The notes under the pieces were generated by a model that ran no database searches, had not been told where the DNA came from, and was given only the letters and a program-made list of their open reading frames with translations. 64,000 nucleotides of DNA from Thermoproteota archaeon (GTDB lineage Archaea; Korarchaeota; Korarchaeia; Korarchaeales; JAOZGB01): the NCBI GenBank assembly GCA_037917685.1, contig JAVCBU010000006.1:207089-271088 (forward strand). The letters run 5' to 3'. Below, in pieces: positions 16,325-24,956 of this stretch. Numbering within the stretch: position 1 is the stretch's first letter; each line of letters opens with the position of its first letter. Both the position numbers and the translations under genes were made by a program.

Positions 16325-16774
16325 TTGACTTTGATGAAAAGGAAGGAGAAAAAATCCAGAAAGCTTAGAGGCAGCCGGACGTGTGGCTATGGAAGAGAAA
16401 GACAACATAGGAAAAAAGGTAGAAGAGGGGGCTTCGGAAAGGCTGGTGGGCACAAACATAAATGGAGCTTTTATGTTAAATATGACCCCGAATACTTCGG
16501 CAGAGGAGCCCGAGGATTCAAAAGGCCGGCTATTGTCAGCAAAAGACCTCTTACAATAAATATCGGTGACATTGAGGAGAATCTAGACGAATTGATCGCT
16601 AAAGGCTTGGTAAAGAATGTAGATGGCAAGATACTTCTATCTAGAGAACTTCTAGGGAATGTGAAGATAATAGGACGTGGTAGGGTTACCCATGCCTATC
16701 ATGTTAAAGGTCTTGAAATATCGAGAATAGCCCGTGAGAAAATAATTCAAGCAGGGGGGATGATCGAAGAGTGA
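16325..16774 (+). CDS. rpl15: 50S ribosomal protein uL15
   Basis: 149 aa. Basic Gly-rich N-terminus (RKKGRRGGFGKAGGHKHKW). Confidence 0.9.
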   Translation: MTLMKRKEKKSRKLRGSRTCGYGRERQHRKKGRRGGFGKAGGHKHKWSFYVKYDPEYFGRGARGFKRPAIVSKRPLTINIGDIEENLDELIAKGLVKNVDGKILLSRELLGNVKIIGRGRVTHAYHVKGLEISRIAREKIIQAGGMIEE

Positions 16775-16784
16775 GGGGGAGATT

Positions 16785-18179
16785 ATGGGGCTATTTAGAG
16801 ATATTGTGAGGGGTATTGTATCCTTTATTCCAGAAGTGGAAACTCCTAAAATGAAAGTTCCTCTGAGAAGCAAATTGCTATGGAGTGGCATTGTACTCAT
16901 ACTTTACTTCATTTTGACAGAGATACCTCTTTACGGTGTTGCCCCCTCAAGGTATGACCGTCTTGCGACATTTAGGATAATATTCGCTGGGTCCCAAGGT
17001 TCAATCGTAGAGCTTGGGATAGGGCCTATTGTAACTGCTGGAATAATACTCGAGCTTCTTGTAGGGAGTAAAATAATACCTCTAGACCTTACAGACCCAG
17101 ATGATCGATCATTTTTCCAAGCGTCTCAGAAACTAGCCTCGATACTATTCATAGTCGTTACAGCAGCGCTTTACGTTGCAGGCGGCCAATATGGGGTTTT
17201 AGATAGGAGGACATCGTTCCTAGTTTGGCTTCAACTAGCCGCGGGCTGTTTTATACTGATGTATCTCGATGAAGTAAGCTCCAAATGGGGTATAGCAAGC
17301 GGGATAAGTCTCTTCATTCTTGCCGGTATCGCTCAGACTGTTTTTTGGGCTGCCTTCTCACCGTTTACTGCTCCTGACGTTGATAGAGTAGTTGGCGCGA
17401 TACCAGCTCTTCTCACAGAGGGGGCCATGGCTATTACCCGGGGTGGGCTACCAGACATAGCAAAACTTACAGCAACTTTCATCGTTTTCGTCGCTGTAGC
17501 AGTGGCGTACGACGTTAAAATAGTGTTTCCGCTTTCATTCGCCAGAATAGGTGGGTATAAGGCAAGCTACCCCTTAAGACTGTTATATGTTTCAAATATC
17601 CCTATTATATTCACATCAGCACTTTTCGGGGACATAGCTATCGTTAGTCAAACGTTATGGAGCAGATTTGGATACTCCGACAATGATTATCTAAGAACAA
17701 TTGTCAGAATTATAGGTGAATATCAATACGTAGAAGGAAACCTCGTGCCTAAAGGAGGCTTAGCATACTATACCGAACCTCCATCAGGGATGCTCTCATT
17801 TTCTGCGGATCCACTACGTGCAGCCATATATGGAATTATACTAATAACTCTCTGCGTGGTTTTCTCGGTGATCTGGGTCCTTACATCAGGGATGGATGCC
17901 GACTCAGTAGCAGATCAGCTCGTTTCTCAAGAGCTAGTGATGCCCGGTATGAGGGTTTCAAGGAAGATTATAGCCAACAGGCTACGGAGATATATAAATT
18001 CGGTAACATTACTCGGCGGATTATTTATAGGTGTGATAGCATTACTAGCAGATTTGACAGGAGCCCTTGGATCCGGCTCGGGGATTCTCCTAGGCGTAAC
18101 TATCACATACTCCATTTACGAATCCCTGATGAAGGAGCGGCTCCTAGAAATATACCCAATAGCTAAAAGATTCCTATAG
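16785..18179 (+). CDS. secY: preprotein translocase subunit SecY
   Basis: 464 aa with about ten TM segments. Canonical position after uL15. Confidence 0.93.
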   Translation: MGLFRDIVRGIVSFIPEVETPKMKVPLRSKLLWSGIVLILYFILTEIPLYGVAPSRYDRLATFRIIFAGSQGSIVELGIGPIVTAGIILELLVGSKIIPLDLTDPDDRSFFQASQKLASILFIVVTAALYVAGGQYGVLDRRTSFLVWLQLAAGCFILMYLDEVSSKWGIASGISLFILAGIAQTVFWAAFSPFTAPDVDRVVGAIPALLTEGAMAITRGGLPDIAKLTATFIVFVAVAVAYDVKIVFPLSFARIGGYKASYPLRLLYVSNIPIIFTSALFGDIAIVSQTLWSRFGYSDNDYLRTIVRIIGEYQYVEGNLVPKGGLAYYTEPPSGMLSFSADPLRAAIYGIILITLCVVFSVIWVLTSGMDADSVADQLVSQELVMPGMRVSRKIIANRLRRYINSVTLLGGLFIGVIALLADLTGALGSGSGILLGVTITYSIYESLMKERLLEIYPIAKRFL

Positions 18180-18189
18180 GTGTAACACG

Positions 18190-18690
18190 ATGCCGCCTAA
18201 TCTGGTAAACCTAATTTCCTACCCCCCAAATTCAATAATCTTCCTAACAGTGCTCGCCATCATACTTAACTTCGTAATGGCTCTTGTAACCAAGCTTACT
18301 GTAGATATCGAAAAATTGAAAAAATACAGTGAACAGAGAAAAGAGTTCATAAGGCTGAAATATGAGCTGAAACTCAAAGGGAAAAAGGGAGAACTCAAAA
18401 TCAAAAAACTCGAGTCAAAAATGAAACCTGTAGAGCAAGAGTTAATGATGATGCAGCTTAAACAATCAATCATAACACCTCTCCCAATGCTTCTTGTGTT
18501 TATACTTCTACGCAAGTTTTACGGGTCAATACCGGTAGCTTCACTACCATTTAAATTACCATTTTCAAGCTTCCTCCACAGAGGCAGCCCTTTAAGCGAA
18601 TATGAAGTTGGATTCATAGGTTTCTACTTCATAGTATCCATCGCTTTCTCCCCAATAATACAAAAAGCCCTGGGTACCTCACCTACCTAA
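18190..18690 (+). CDS. DUF106 membrane protein (Oxa1/EMC3-superfamily, archaeal YidC-like)
   Basis: 166 aa. TM, then a Lys-rich coiled coil, then TMs. Conserved neighbourhood downstream of secY. Confidence 0.7.
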   Translation: MPPNLVNLISYPPNSIIFLTVLAIILNFVMALVTKLTVDIEKLKKYSEQRKEFIRLKYELKLKGKKGELKIKKLESKMKPVEQELMMMQLKQSIITPLPMLLVFILLRKFYGSIPVASLPFKLPFSSFLHRGSPLSEYEVGFIGFYFIVSIAFSPIIQKALGTSPT

Positions 18691-18739
18691 AGTTAAAATT
18701 TAAAACACTTCTCCAGTATTGCATATAACCGGTGTCAAG

Positions 18740-19018
18740 ATGTCACTGTTCGTAGTTGGGAGGGTCTGCACAAAGACTAAAGGTAGAGAGAAAGACAGAA
18801 AATGCGTGATTGTCGATGTAATAGACAAAAACTATGTGTTAATCACCGGACCCAAAAAACTAACAGGGGTAAGGAGGAGACGGTGCAACATAAACCACCT
18901 AGATCCGCTTCCAGTAGTGATAGACATAGATAAGAATGCATCGGACGAAGACGTTATTAAAGCCCTGTCTCAGACCGAGATATATAAAGAATTCACAGGT
19001 AAAGGGGGCAAATCTTGA
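18740..19018 (+). CDS. rpl14e: 50S ribosomal protein eL14
   Basis: MSLFVVGRVCTKTKGREKDRKCVIVDVIDKNYVLITGP (KOW-like). ATG 18740 preferred over the ORF-track start 18719. Confidence 0.85.
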   Translation: MSLFVVGRVCTKTKGREKDRKCVIVDVIDKNYVLITGPKKLTGVRRRRCNINHLDPLPVVIDIDKNASDEDVIKALSQTEIYKEFTGKGGKS

Positions 19019-19994
19019 ACCAATTAATAGTAAGGGAAGAGGCAGCAACAAATCCTTCATACGGCTCTTACCCTGAGGAGCGAGCTATAAAAGACTTGCT
19101 AAACTCGTCTATCATCGTACTCGACAAGCCTCGAGGCCCCTCGTCTCATACTGTTACAAAATGGGTTAGAAGTATCCTAGGAATCAAAAAGATAGGACAC
19201 TGCGGGACTCTTGAGGGCAAATAGCCCGGAGAAATCCCAAAGTAAGCGGAGTTCTACCTCTTGTAATCGGTAAATCAACCAGAATAGCTAAGATTATCTC
19301 AGGCTTTGATAAAGAATACGTGGCCCTAATGTACCTTCATGGTGATGTGGGATATGAAAGATTAAATGAGGTAATAGCGAAGTTTCATGGTGACATATTC
19401 CAAAGACCTCCCGTAAGATCATCGGTGAAGAGAAAGTTACGGGTAAGAAAAATCCATAAGATAGATCTCCTTGAGTACGAAGATCGTTACGCCTTAATAC
19501 GAGTAAAATGTCAAGCCGGAACCTACATTAGAAAACTGATACATGATATCGGTCAGGTGTTACTTGTTGGGGCAAGCATGTCTGAACTAAGAAGAATAGC
19601 CGCTGGGTCTTTCACTGAGAATGAAGCTGTAACTCTCCAACAATTACTTCAAGCTTATAATACCTGGCGTGAATCAGGAGACGAAGCCCCTCTTAGAAGA
19701 ATATTTAGGCCCATGGAATATGTACTGAGAAAGCTTCCAATGATAATTATTAAGGATACAGCTGTTGACGCAATCTGTCACGGGGCACCTCTCACTGTAA
19801 GAGGAATCTCTAAACTATCACCGAATATTCAGCCCAAAGATATAGTAGTTATAATGACCTTAAAGTCTGAAGCAGTGGCTATAGCTGAAGCATCTATGTC
19901 ATCTGAGGAGATGTTATCTTCATCCCGGGGTATAGCTGCGAAGCCTATGAGAGTTCTAATGGACAGAGGAGTTTATCCTCCTGCTTGGCGTTAA
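19015..19994 (+). CDS. cbf5: H/ACA RNP pseudouridine synthase Cbf5 (TruB family), join(19015..19213,19234..19994) after removal of a 20-nt BHB intron
   Basis: The two ORFs (19015..19224 and 19320..19994) are in different frames. The second frame is open and Cbf5-like from 19236 (PKVSGVLPLVIGKSTRIAKIISGFDKEYVALMYLHGDV). Splicing yields GHCGTLDPKVSGVLP. The spliced length is 319 aa. Confidence 0.85.
19214..19233 (+). other. bulge-helix-bulge (splicing endonuclease type) intron in cbf5 pre-mRNA
   Basis: 19204-19238 folds as GGGA/TCCC outer helix, CTCT/GGAG 4-bp central helix, 3-nt bulges TGA and AAA, and GGGC-AAATA-GCCC hairpin. The boundary can slide by 1 nt (19215..19234) without changing the product. 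Confidence 0.8.
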
Positions 19995-20027
19995 ACTTTA
20001 AATCCGAGCTAAGTCTTTTAAATTAAC

Positions 20028-20137
20028 GCCGGGGTACCCTAGCCCGGTCAAGGGGCGGGCCTGGAGTTCATGCCCGCGAGCCCGTGGCCCCCTGAGCTTT
20101 GGGGACGGCCGCGTGGGTTCGAATCCCACCCCCGGCG
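20028..20137 (+). tRNA. tRNA-Ser (anticodon GGA), class II, with two introns
   Basis: Acceptor GCCGGGG/CCCCGGC, D arm CCC-TAGCCCGGTCAA-GGG, anticodon arm CGGGC-CTGGAG..A-GCCCG, T arm GTGGG-TTCGAAT-CCCAC. 110 nt versus 86 nt mature. Introns 20067..20078 (37/38) and 20095..20106 (variable arm). Confidence 0.8.
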
Positions 20138-20155
20138 TGTTAACAGGGGATAAAT

Positions 20156-20605
20156 ATGCCAGAAATGGAGAGAAGAGTTATAAGAATAGCTGGTACAACA
20201 TTGGATGCGGAGAAGAAAGCACTTGTAAGCCTTACAAAGATACCGGGGATAGGTTTCACTTTATCCAACGCCATACTTAGGAGACTAAACCTCGATCCAC
20301 AAAAGAAACTTTCCGAATACACCAACGAAGAAATAGAAAGGCTAGAGGAATTCTTCAAAGACCCCTATAAATACGAGCTGCCTTCGTGGCTTTATAATAG
20401 ACAGAGAGACCCTATAACAGGTAAAAATTTGCTTATTCTAGGATCTGATATTAAACTGTACCAGAAGATAGATATAGACCGGCTTAAAAAGATGGGTTCA
20501 TACAGGGGACTAAGACATTCCCTAGGTCTCAAGGTTAGAGGGCAAAGGACACGGACAACTGGCAGGAGAGGGCCAACAATAGGATATGTTAGGAAGAAGA
20601 AGTAG
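20156..20605 (+). CDS. rps13: 30S ribosomal protein uS13
   Basis: 149 aa. Pattern [23 protein letters not shown]. Confidence 0.92.
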   Translation: MPEMERRVIRIAGTTLDAEKKALVSLTKIPGIGFTLSNAILRRLNLDPQKKLSEYTNEEIERLEEFFKDPYKYELPSWLYNRQRDPITGKNLLILGSDIKLYQKIDIDRLKKMGSYRGLRHSLGLKVRGQRTRTTGRRGPTIGYVRKKK

Positions 20606-20607
20606 GT

Positions 20608-21117
20608 GTGAAAATGGGAGACCCGAAGCAACCGAGGAAGAAATATCGAAGACCAAGAAAGCCCTGGGACAAACAGTACTTAGAATGGTCTATAAAACTG
20701 GTTGGAGAGTATGGTCTAAGAAATAAAAGAGAACTATTAAGGGCACACCATGAAGCCAGCAGGGTTCGAAGGCTGGCGAGAATTCTACTCTCCCACACCG
20801 AGAGTAGGAACATCAAGTTGGAAGAGCAGTTGCTGTCAAGGCTTAAAAGATTTGGAATAGTACCTGACGACGCTGTACTTGACGATGTACTCGACGTTAC
20901 AGCTGAAAACTTTCTGAGAAGAAGACTCCAAACAGTAGTTTATCTCAAAGGATATGCTAAAACACCCTACCAAGCGAGGCAGCTTGTAGTACACGGACAT
21001 GTCCGTGTAAATGGGAGAATAGTCAAGATTCCTTCGTATCTTGTTAGTGTTGAGGAGGAAAATACCATAGAAGTTGATAAAGAGATACTGAACAAAATAA
21101 TGGGTGAACAGTCATGA
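20608..21117 (+). CDS. rps4: 30S ribosomal protein uS4
   Basis: 169 aa. [18 protein letters not shown] (ATG 20614 likely) and a C-terminal S4 RNA-binding domain. Confidence 0.92.
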   Translation: MKMGDPKQPRKKYRRPRKPWDKQYLEWSIKLVGEYGLRNKRELLRAHHEASRVRRLARILLSHTESRNIKLEEQLLSRLKRFGIVPDDAVLDDVLDVTAENFLRRRLQTVVYLKGYAKTPYQARQLVVHGHVRVNGRIVKIPSYLVSVEEENTIEVDKEILNKIMGEQS

Positions 21118-21515
21118 GTTCAAGTAAAAAGAAGGAGCACATTGGTATAGCACACATTTATTCGTCATTCAACGATACCATCGTCCATATCACAGATCAA
21201 ACCGGAGCTGAGACAATAGCAATATCGTCAGGGGGAAGATTTGTAAAAGCCGACAGGATGGAGGGCAGCCCGTATGCCGCTTTTAAAGCAGCAACTGAAG
21301 CTGCAAATATAGCGAAGAAGAAGGGGATAACATCTTTAATAGTCAAAGTCAGAGCCCCAGGAGGTTTAGGTCCTAGAATTCCAGGTCCTGGAGCCGCCGG
21401 CGCTGTAAGGGGACTTGCAAGGGCTGGAATGAAGCTTATAAGAATAGAAGATGTGACGCCAATACCTCACGATGGAACTAGAAGGCCACATGGAAGGAGA
21501 GGTAGAAGAGTTTAA
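21114..21515 (+). CDS. rps11: 30S ribosomal protein uS11
   Basis: 133 aa. Pattern [18 protein letters not shown]. Confidence 0.93.
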   Translation: MSSSKKKEHIGIAHIYSSFNDTIVHITDQTGAETIAISSGGRFVKADRMEGSPYAAFKAATEAANIAKKKGITSLIVKVRAPGGLGPRIPGPGAAGAVRGLARAGMKLIRIEDVTPIPHDGTRRPHGRRGRRV

Positions 21516-22305
21516 AATCTCATGCTTCTATTTCTCTATAGGAACTTTGGAAAGTATATCCTCAAAGATCAAAGAATACTACATATCAAGAGGATTTAAG
21601 ATTGTAGGCGTTTCAAAATTTAGAGGTTTTTACTTAGAAAACCCCAAGGGGAGACTAATACTAGCTCTAATATTTGACCCACTCATAGATAACATAGAAG
21701 AGTTAGTCTCTTCAATAAAACGAAACATTAGTGATGTAAATATTATTCAGATATGGTTACCTGAGGGCGCAGAGGATTATGTCTCTACGTCGGTCTCACG
21801 CAATATTGAAAAAGGGCTTTTAATGAGAAAGGTCTCTCTGGTACCCTTTACACAGGCTGAAATTGAGTGGAAACCATACCCTTTGGAATTAAATGTAGAA
21901 ATCCATAAGAATGATGTTCAATCCGAAAAAGAGGTGATAGCCAAACAGACATATGCCGAATCTCCCATCCAAGAGTCCTCCATTAACTTGTTATTGCAGA
22001 AGTACTCTGAAACGATCCAAGAACTAATATCCAGATTTGAATCTCTAGAAAAAACCCTAAAAAGACTAGAGGAGACATTAAAACAATCACAACCGCAACA
22101 AGTTATAAGCCATACAACTGCTCGTGTTCAATACAATCCACCAGCGAAAGACGCGTCTAAAGAGGTAATAATAGAAAAAATCAGCACATCTGATTTACCA
22201 AAGGCCAGTCCTCACAAGGTTGGAAACATAAACGCGCTTGATGAAGCTGTCAAAAACAACCCGTGGTTCTCGATACTGAAAGAGAAAAAGAAAAGACAAA
22301 ACTAA
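21472..22305 (+). CDS. hypothetical protein (globular N-domain, coiled coil, conserved-looking C-terminal NPWFSIL tail)
   Basis: 277-aa ORF whose start overlaps the rps11 stop by 26-44 nt. It ends 35 nt before rpoD. I recognise no family. Confidence 0.55.
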   Translation: MELEGHMEGEVEEFKISCFYFSIGTLESISSKIKEYYISRGFKIVGVSKFRGFYLENPKGRLILALIFDPLIDNIEELVSSIKRNISDVNIIQIWLPEGAEDYVSTSVSRNIEKGLLMRKVSLVPFTQAEIEWKPYPLELNVEIHKNDVQSEKEVIAKQTYAESPIQESSINLLLQKYSETIQELISRFESLEKTLKRLEETLKQSQPQQVISHTTARVQYNPPAKDASKEVIIEKISTSDLPKASPHKVGNINALDEAVKNNPWFSILKEKKKRQN

Positions 22306-22340
22306 AATCATAGCTCGGTACTATCTATAGAGGTGTCCGA

Positions 22341-23138
22341 GTGGAGATCAAAATTATTGATGCCTCAGAGCATCGGATAATATTTGAACTTTCAGATGCT
22401 AACCCGGCAATAGCCAACGCATTAAGGAGGACAATCATTTCTGAAGTTCCAACGATGGCTATCGACTACATAGTTGTGATAGAAAACAACACAATGTACT
22501 TTGACGAGCATATAGCACATACACTTGGAATGATCCCCCTTACCACCGATCTTGAAAAGTATAATTTACCTGAGGAATGTGAATGCGGAGGATCCGGCTG
22601 CCCCCTCTGTACTACTAGGCTTATTTTAGAGGTAGAAGCTAGAGAAGACAATACAATTGTATATTCGGGGGATCTTAAGCCCCAAGACCCGATGATAAAG
22701 CCAGTAAGATCCGATATCCCTCTATTCAAACTGAATAAACAAGACCGCATAGTTCTAGAAGCAATAGCGAGACTCGGTAGAGGAAAACAACATAGCAAAT
22801 GGCAGCCAGTGGGGCCAATTGGCTATAAATACTACCCTATTGTTGAGATTGACAACTCCAAATGTAACTTATGCGGAGAGTGCATTAAGGTATGCAATAG
22901 GAGAGCCCTAATCTTGAAAGATACAGAAATTGTTTTAGATCCATTAAAATGTTCCCTATGCAAGCTATGCGTTGAAGCATGCGACAGGAAAGCGATTTCA
23001 TTAAAGATGGACGATACAAGATTTATATTTCAATTTGAAACTACCGGTGCACTTAATCCTCAACAAATACTTCTAAAAGCCATAGAAATATTAGTCGATA
23101 AGCTTGAAAGCTTTAAAAAACAGGTAGCCGCAACGTAG
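22341..23138 (+). CDS. rpoD: DNA-directed RNA polymerase subunit D (Rpo3) with Fe-S cluster domain
   Basis: 265 aa. Ferredoxin-like insertion CNLCGECIKVCN ... CSLCKLCVEACD. Confidence 0.9.
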   Translation: MEIKIIDASEHRIIFELSDANPAIANALRRTIISEVPTMAIDYIVVIENNTMYFDEHIAHTLGMIPLTTDLEKYNLPEECECGGSGCPLCTTRLILEVEAREDNTIVYSGDLKPQDPMIKPVRSDIPLFKLNKQDRIVLEAIARLGRGKQHSKWQPVGPIGYKYYPIVEIDNSKCNLCGECIKVCNRRALILKDTEIVLDPLKCSLCKLCVEACDRKAISLKMDDTRFIFQFETTGALNPQQILLKAIEILVDKLESFKKQVAAT

Positions 23139-23174
23139 CAAAATTTATAATACCCCCAGAGTATAAAATACCAT

Positions 23175-23271
23175 GCGGAGGTAGCCAAGCCTGGTCAAAG
23201 GCGCGGGAATGAGGAGAAACTTGTAGATCCCGTCCCTGAGGGGTTCGTGGGTTCGAATCCCACCCTCCGCA
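23175..23271 (+). tRNA. tRNA-Leu (anticodon GAG), class II, canonical 12-nt intron
   Basis: Acceptor GCGGAGG/CCTCCGC, D arm GCC-AAGCCTGGTCAAA-GGC, anticodon arm CGGGA-ATGAGG..A-TCCCG, variable arm TCCCTGAGGGGTTC, T arm GTGGG-TTCGAAT-CCCAC. Intron 23215..23226 (AGAAACTTGTAG) at 37/38. Confidence 0.85.
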
Positions 23272-23291
23272 CTTAATAAGGTGTCCACAAC

Positions 23292-23651
23292 ATGGCTCGA
23301 AAGAAGATAACGAAGACGAATCCTCTTCTAATAGAGATCGCTGAGAAACTCGCAGGGAGAAGAAAAGCCGGATTATGGAGGAAAGTTAGAGAAAGGATAC
23401 TAAAACCCAGAAGGAAAAGAGCTGAGGTGAACTTGTGGAAGCTAAACAAGCTAACACAGCCCCGAGAAACAGTTGTTGTACCAGGAGTAGTCCTAGGGCA
23501 CGGAACTCTAGATCATCCCATAACAGTTGCTGCACTTAAATTCACAAGGAAAGCAAGAGAGAAAATACTAAAAAGCGGCGGTGAACCTCTTGAAATTCTA
23601 GAACTCTATGATAAAAATCCTAAAGGTTCAAACATAAAAATAATCGTATAG
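23292..23651 (+). CDS. rpl18e: 50S ribosomal protein eL18
   Basis: 119 aa. Position before uL13-uS9 and L18e pattern (VVVPGVVLGHGTLDHPITVAALKFT). Confidence 0.88.
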   Translation: MARKKITKTNPLLIEIAEKLAGRRKAGLWRKVRERILKPRRKRAEVNLWKLNKLTQPRETVVVPGVVLGHGTLDHPITVAALKFTRKAREKILKSGGEPLEILELYDKNPKGSNIKIIV

Positions 23652-23663
23652 AGTTGAGAAAAT

Positions 23664-24131
23664 ATGGCAACACCACAATTTGATATTATTATAGATGCCT
23701 CCGGACTAAAGCTCGGTAGAATGGCAAGCTATGTAGCCAAAAACCTTCTCTTAGGAAGAAGAATAGCTATAATAAACTGTGAAAAAGCCGTAATTTCCGG
23801 TTCGAAACATGACATTCTTAAAAAATACCTAAAGAGACTAGAGATAAGAGGACAAAGCCGGCCGGAGAAAGGCCCAAGACACGTTAGAAGACCGGATAGA
23901 ATAGTGTGGTACGCCATTAGAGGCATGCTCCCGATAAAAAAAACTAAGGGGAAGGAAGCGCTTAAAAGACTAAGAGTATATATTGGAACCCCGAGCTGGG
24001 TGGATAACGCTAAAAAAGTCAGTCTCCCCGAATTCCATGTGGACAGACTTAAAGGTAAGTATATACCAAGATATGTAACAGTGGAGTGGATAAGCTACCA
24101 ACTAGGATATAGGGGGTTAAAGAATGAGTGA
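23664..24131 (+). CDS. rpl13: 50S ribosomal protein uL13
   Basis: 155 aa. Pattern IIDASGLKLGRMASYVAKNLLLG. Confidence 0.92.
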   Translation: MATPQFDIIIDASGLKLGRMASYVAKNLLLGRRIAIINCEKAVISGSKHDILKKYLKRLEIRGQSRPEKGPRHVRRPDRIVWYAIRGMLPIKKTKGKEALKRLRVYIGTPSWVDNAKKVSLPEFHVDRLKGKYIPRYVTVEWISYQLGYRGLKNE

Positions 24132-24546
24132 TAACGAGCAGATCAAGACAGCTTTTGCATCTGCTAAAAGAAAAACGTCTAAAGCATTTGTCACAATAAC
24201 TCCAGGAAGTGGAAGACTTCTCATAAACAGTATGCCATTAAATGTTTTCTGCACTAACAGGATATCCGTTATGAGAATACAGGAGCCGCTTCTTCTCATA
24301 GACGATAAACTGAGGAACAGCATAGATATCAAGGTTAAAGTGAAAGGGGGGGGATTCATGAGCCAGGCTGATGCAATTAGAACCGCCATAGCTAAAGCTA
24401 TAGTGAGATACACGGGGTCCGAAGAATTAAAGAAAACATTTATAGAGTACGACAGACACCTACTTGTCGAAGACCCGAGGAGGACCGAACCAAAGAAATA
24501 CGGCGGTCCTTCAGCTAGGGCTCGTGTTCAAAAATCATACAGGTAG
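24124..24546 (+). CDS. rps9: 30S ribosomal protein uS9
   Basis: 140 aa. C-terminal RRTEPKKYGGPSARARVQKSYR. Confidence 0.92.
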   Translation: MSDNEQIKTAFASAKRKTSKAFVTITPGSGRLLINSMPLNVFCTNRISVMRIQEPLLLIDDKLRNSIDIKVKVKGGGFMSQADAIRTAIAKAIVRYTGSEELKKTFIEYDRHLLVEDPRRTEPKKYGGPSARARVQKSYR

Positions 24547-24945
24547 ATGTACATGTCAATGTATAAGGATGTTGGTTCCCTGAAAAAGGGTGGTTACGTC
24601 ATTATTGATGGCGAGCCATGTGAAGTTGTCTCAGTAGAAAAGTCAAAGCCAGGGAAGCACGGGTCAGCTAAGGTTAGACTAGTGGCAGTAGGCCTATTTG
24701 ACGATGTCAAAAGAGATATGGTTGCACCAGCCGACAAAAAGGTTGAAGTTCCCATCGTTGAGAAGAAGAAAGCGCAGGTAATATCAACCGCCCCTGATTC
24801 CATACAAATAATGGATCTAGAAACATACAATACATTTGAAGTTAAACCTCCAACAGATCAGGATCTTCTTTCTAAACTTAAACCAGGAGTTGAAGTAGAA
24901 TACTGGGAGAGTATGGGGAAAGTAAAGATAGTCAGACTGTTATAA
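24547..24945 (+). CDS. eif5a: translation initiation factor 5A (aIF5A)
   Basis: 132 aa. Hypusine loop SKPGKHGSAKV. Confidence 0.9.
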   Translation: MYMSMYKDVGSLKKGGYVIIDGEPCEVVSVEKSKPGKHGSAKVRLVAVGLFDDVKRDMVAPADKKVEVPIVEKKKAQVISTAPDSIQIMDLETYNTFEVKPPTDQDLLSKLKPGVEVEYWESMGKVKIVRLL

Positions 24946-24956
24946 GGGAAGCATAA

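Noticed and set aside
19015-19994. cbf5 as a frameshifted pseudogene (two ORFs in different frames with an in-frame stop at 19222-19224).
   Set aside because: The disruption coincides exactly with a textbook bulge-helix-bulge fold. Its excision restores the frame and the catalytic GTLDP motif. Both halves are otherwise intact.
20085-20112. A genuine 28-nt variable arm in tRNA-Ser(GGA) without a second intron.
   Set aside because: The segment forms a BHB. Its predicted cleavage leaves a 16-nt arm of the same design as the other Ser tRNA. The no-intron reading is kept only as the less likely alternative.
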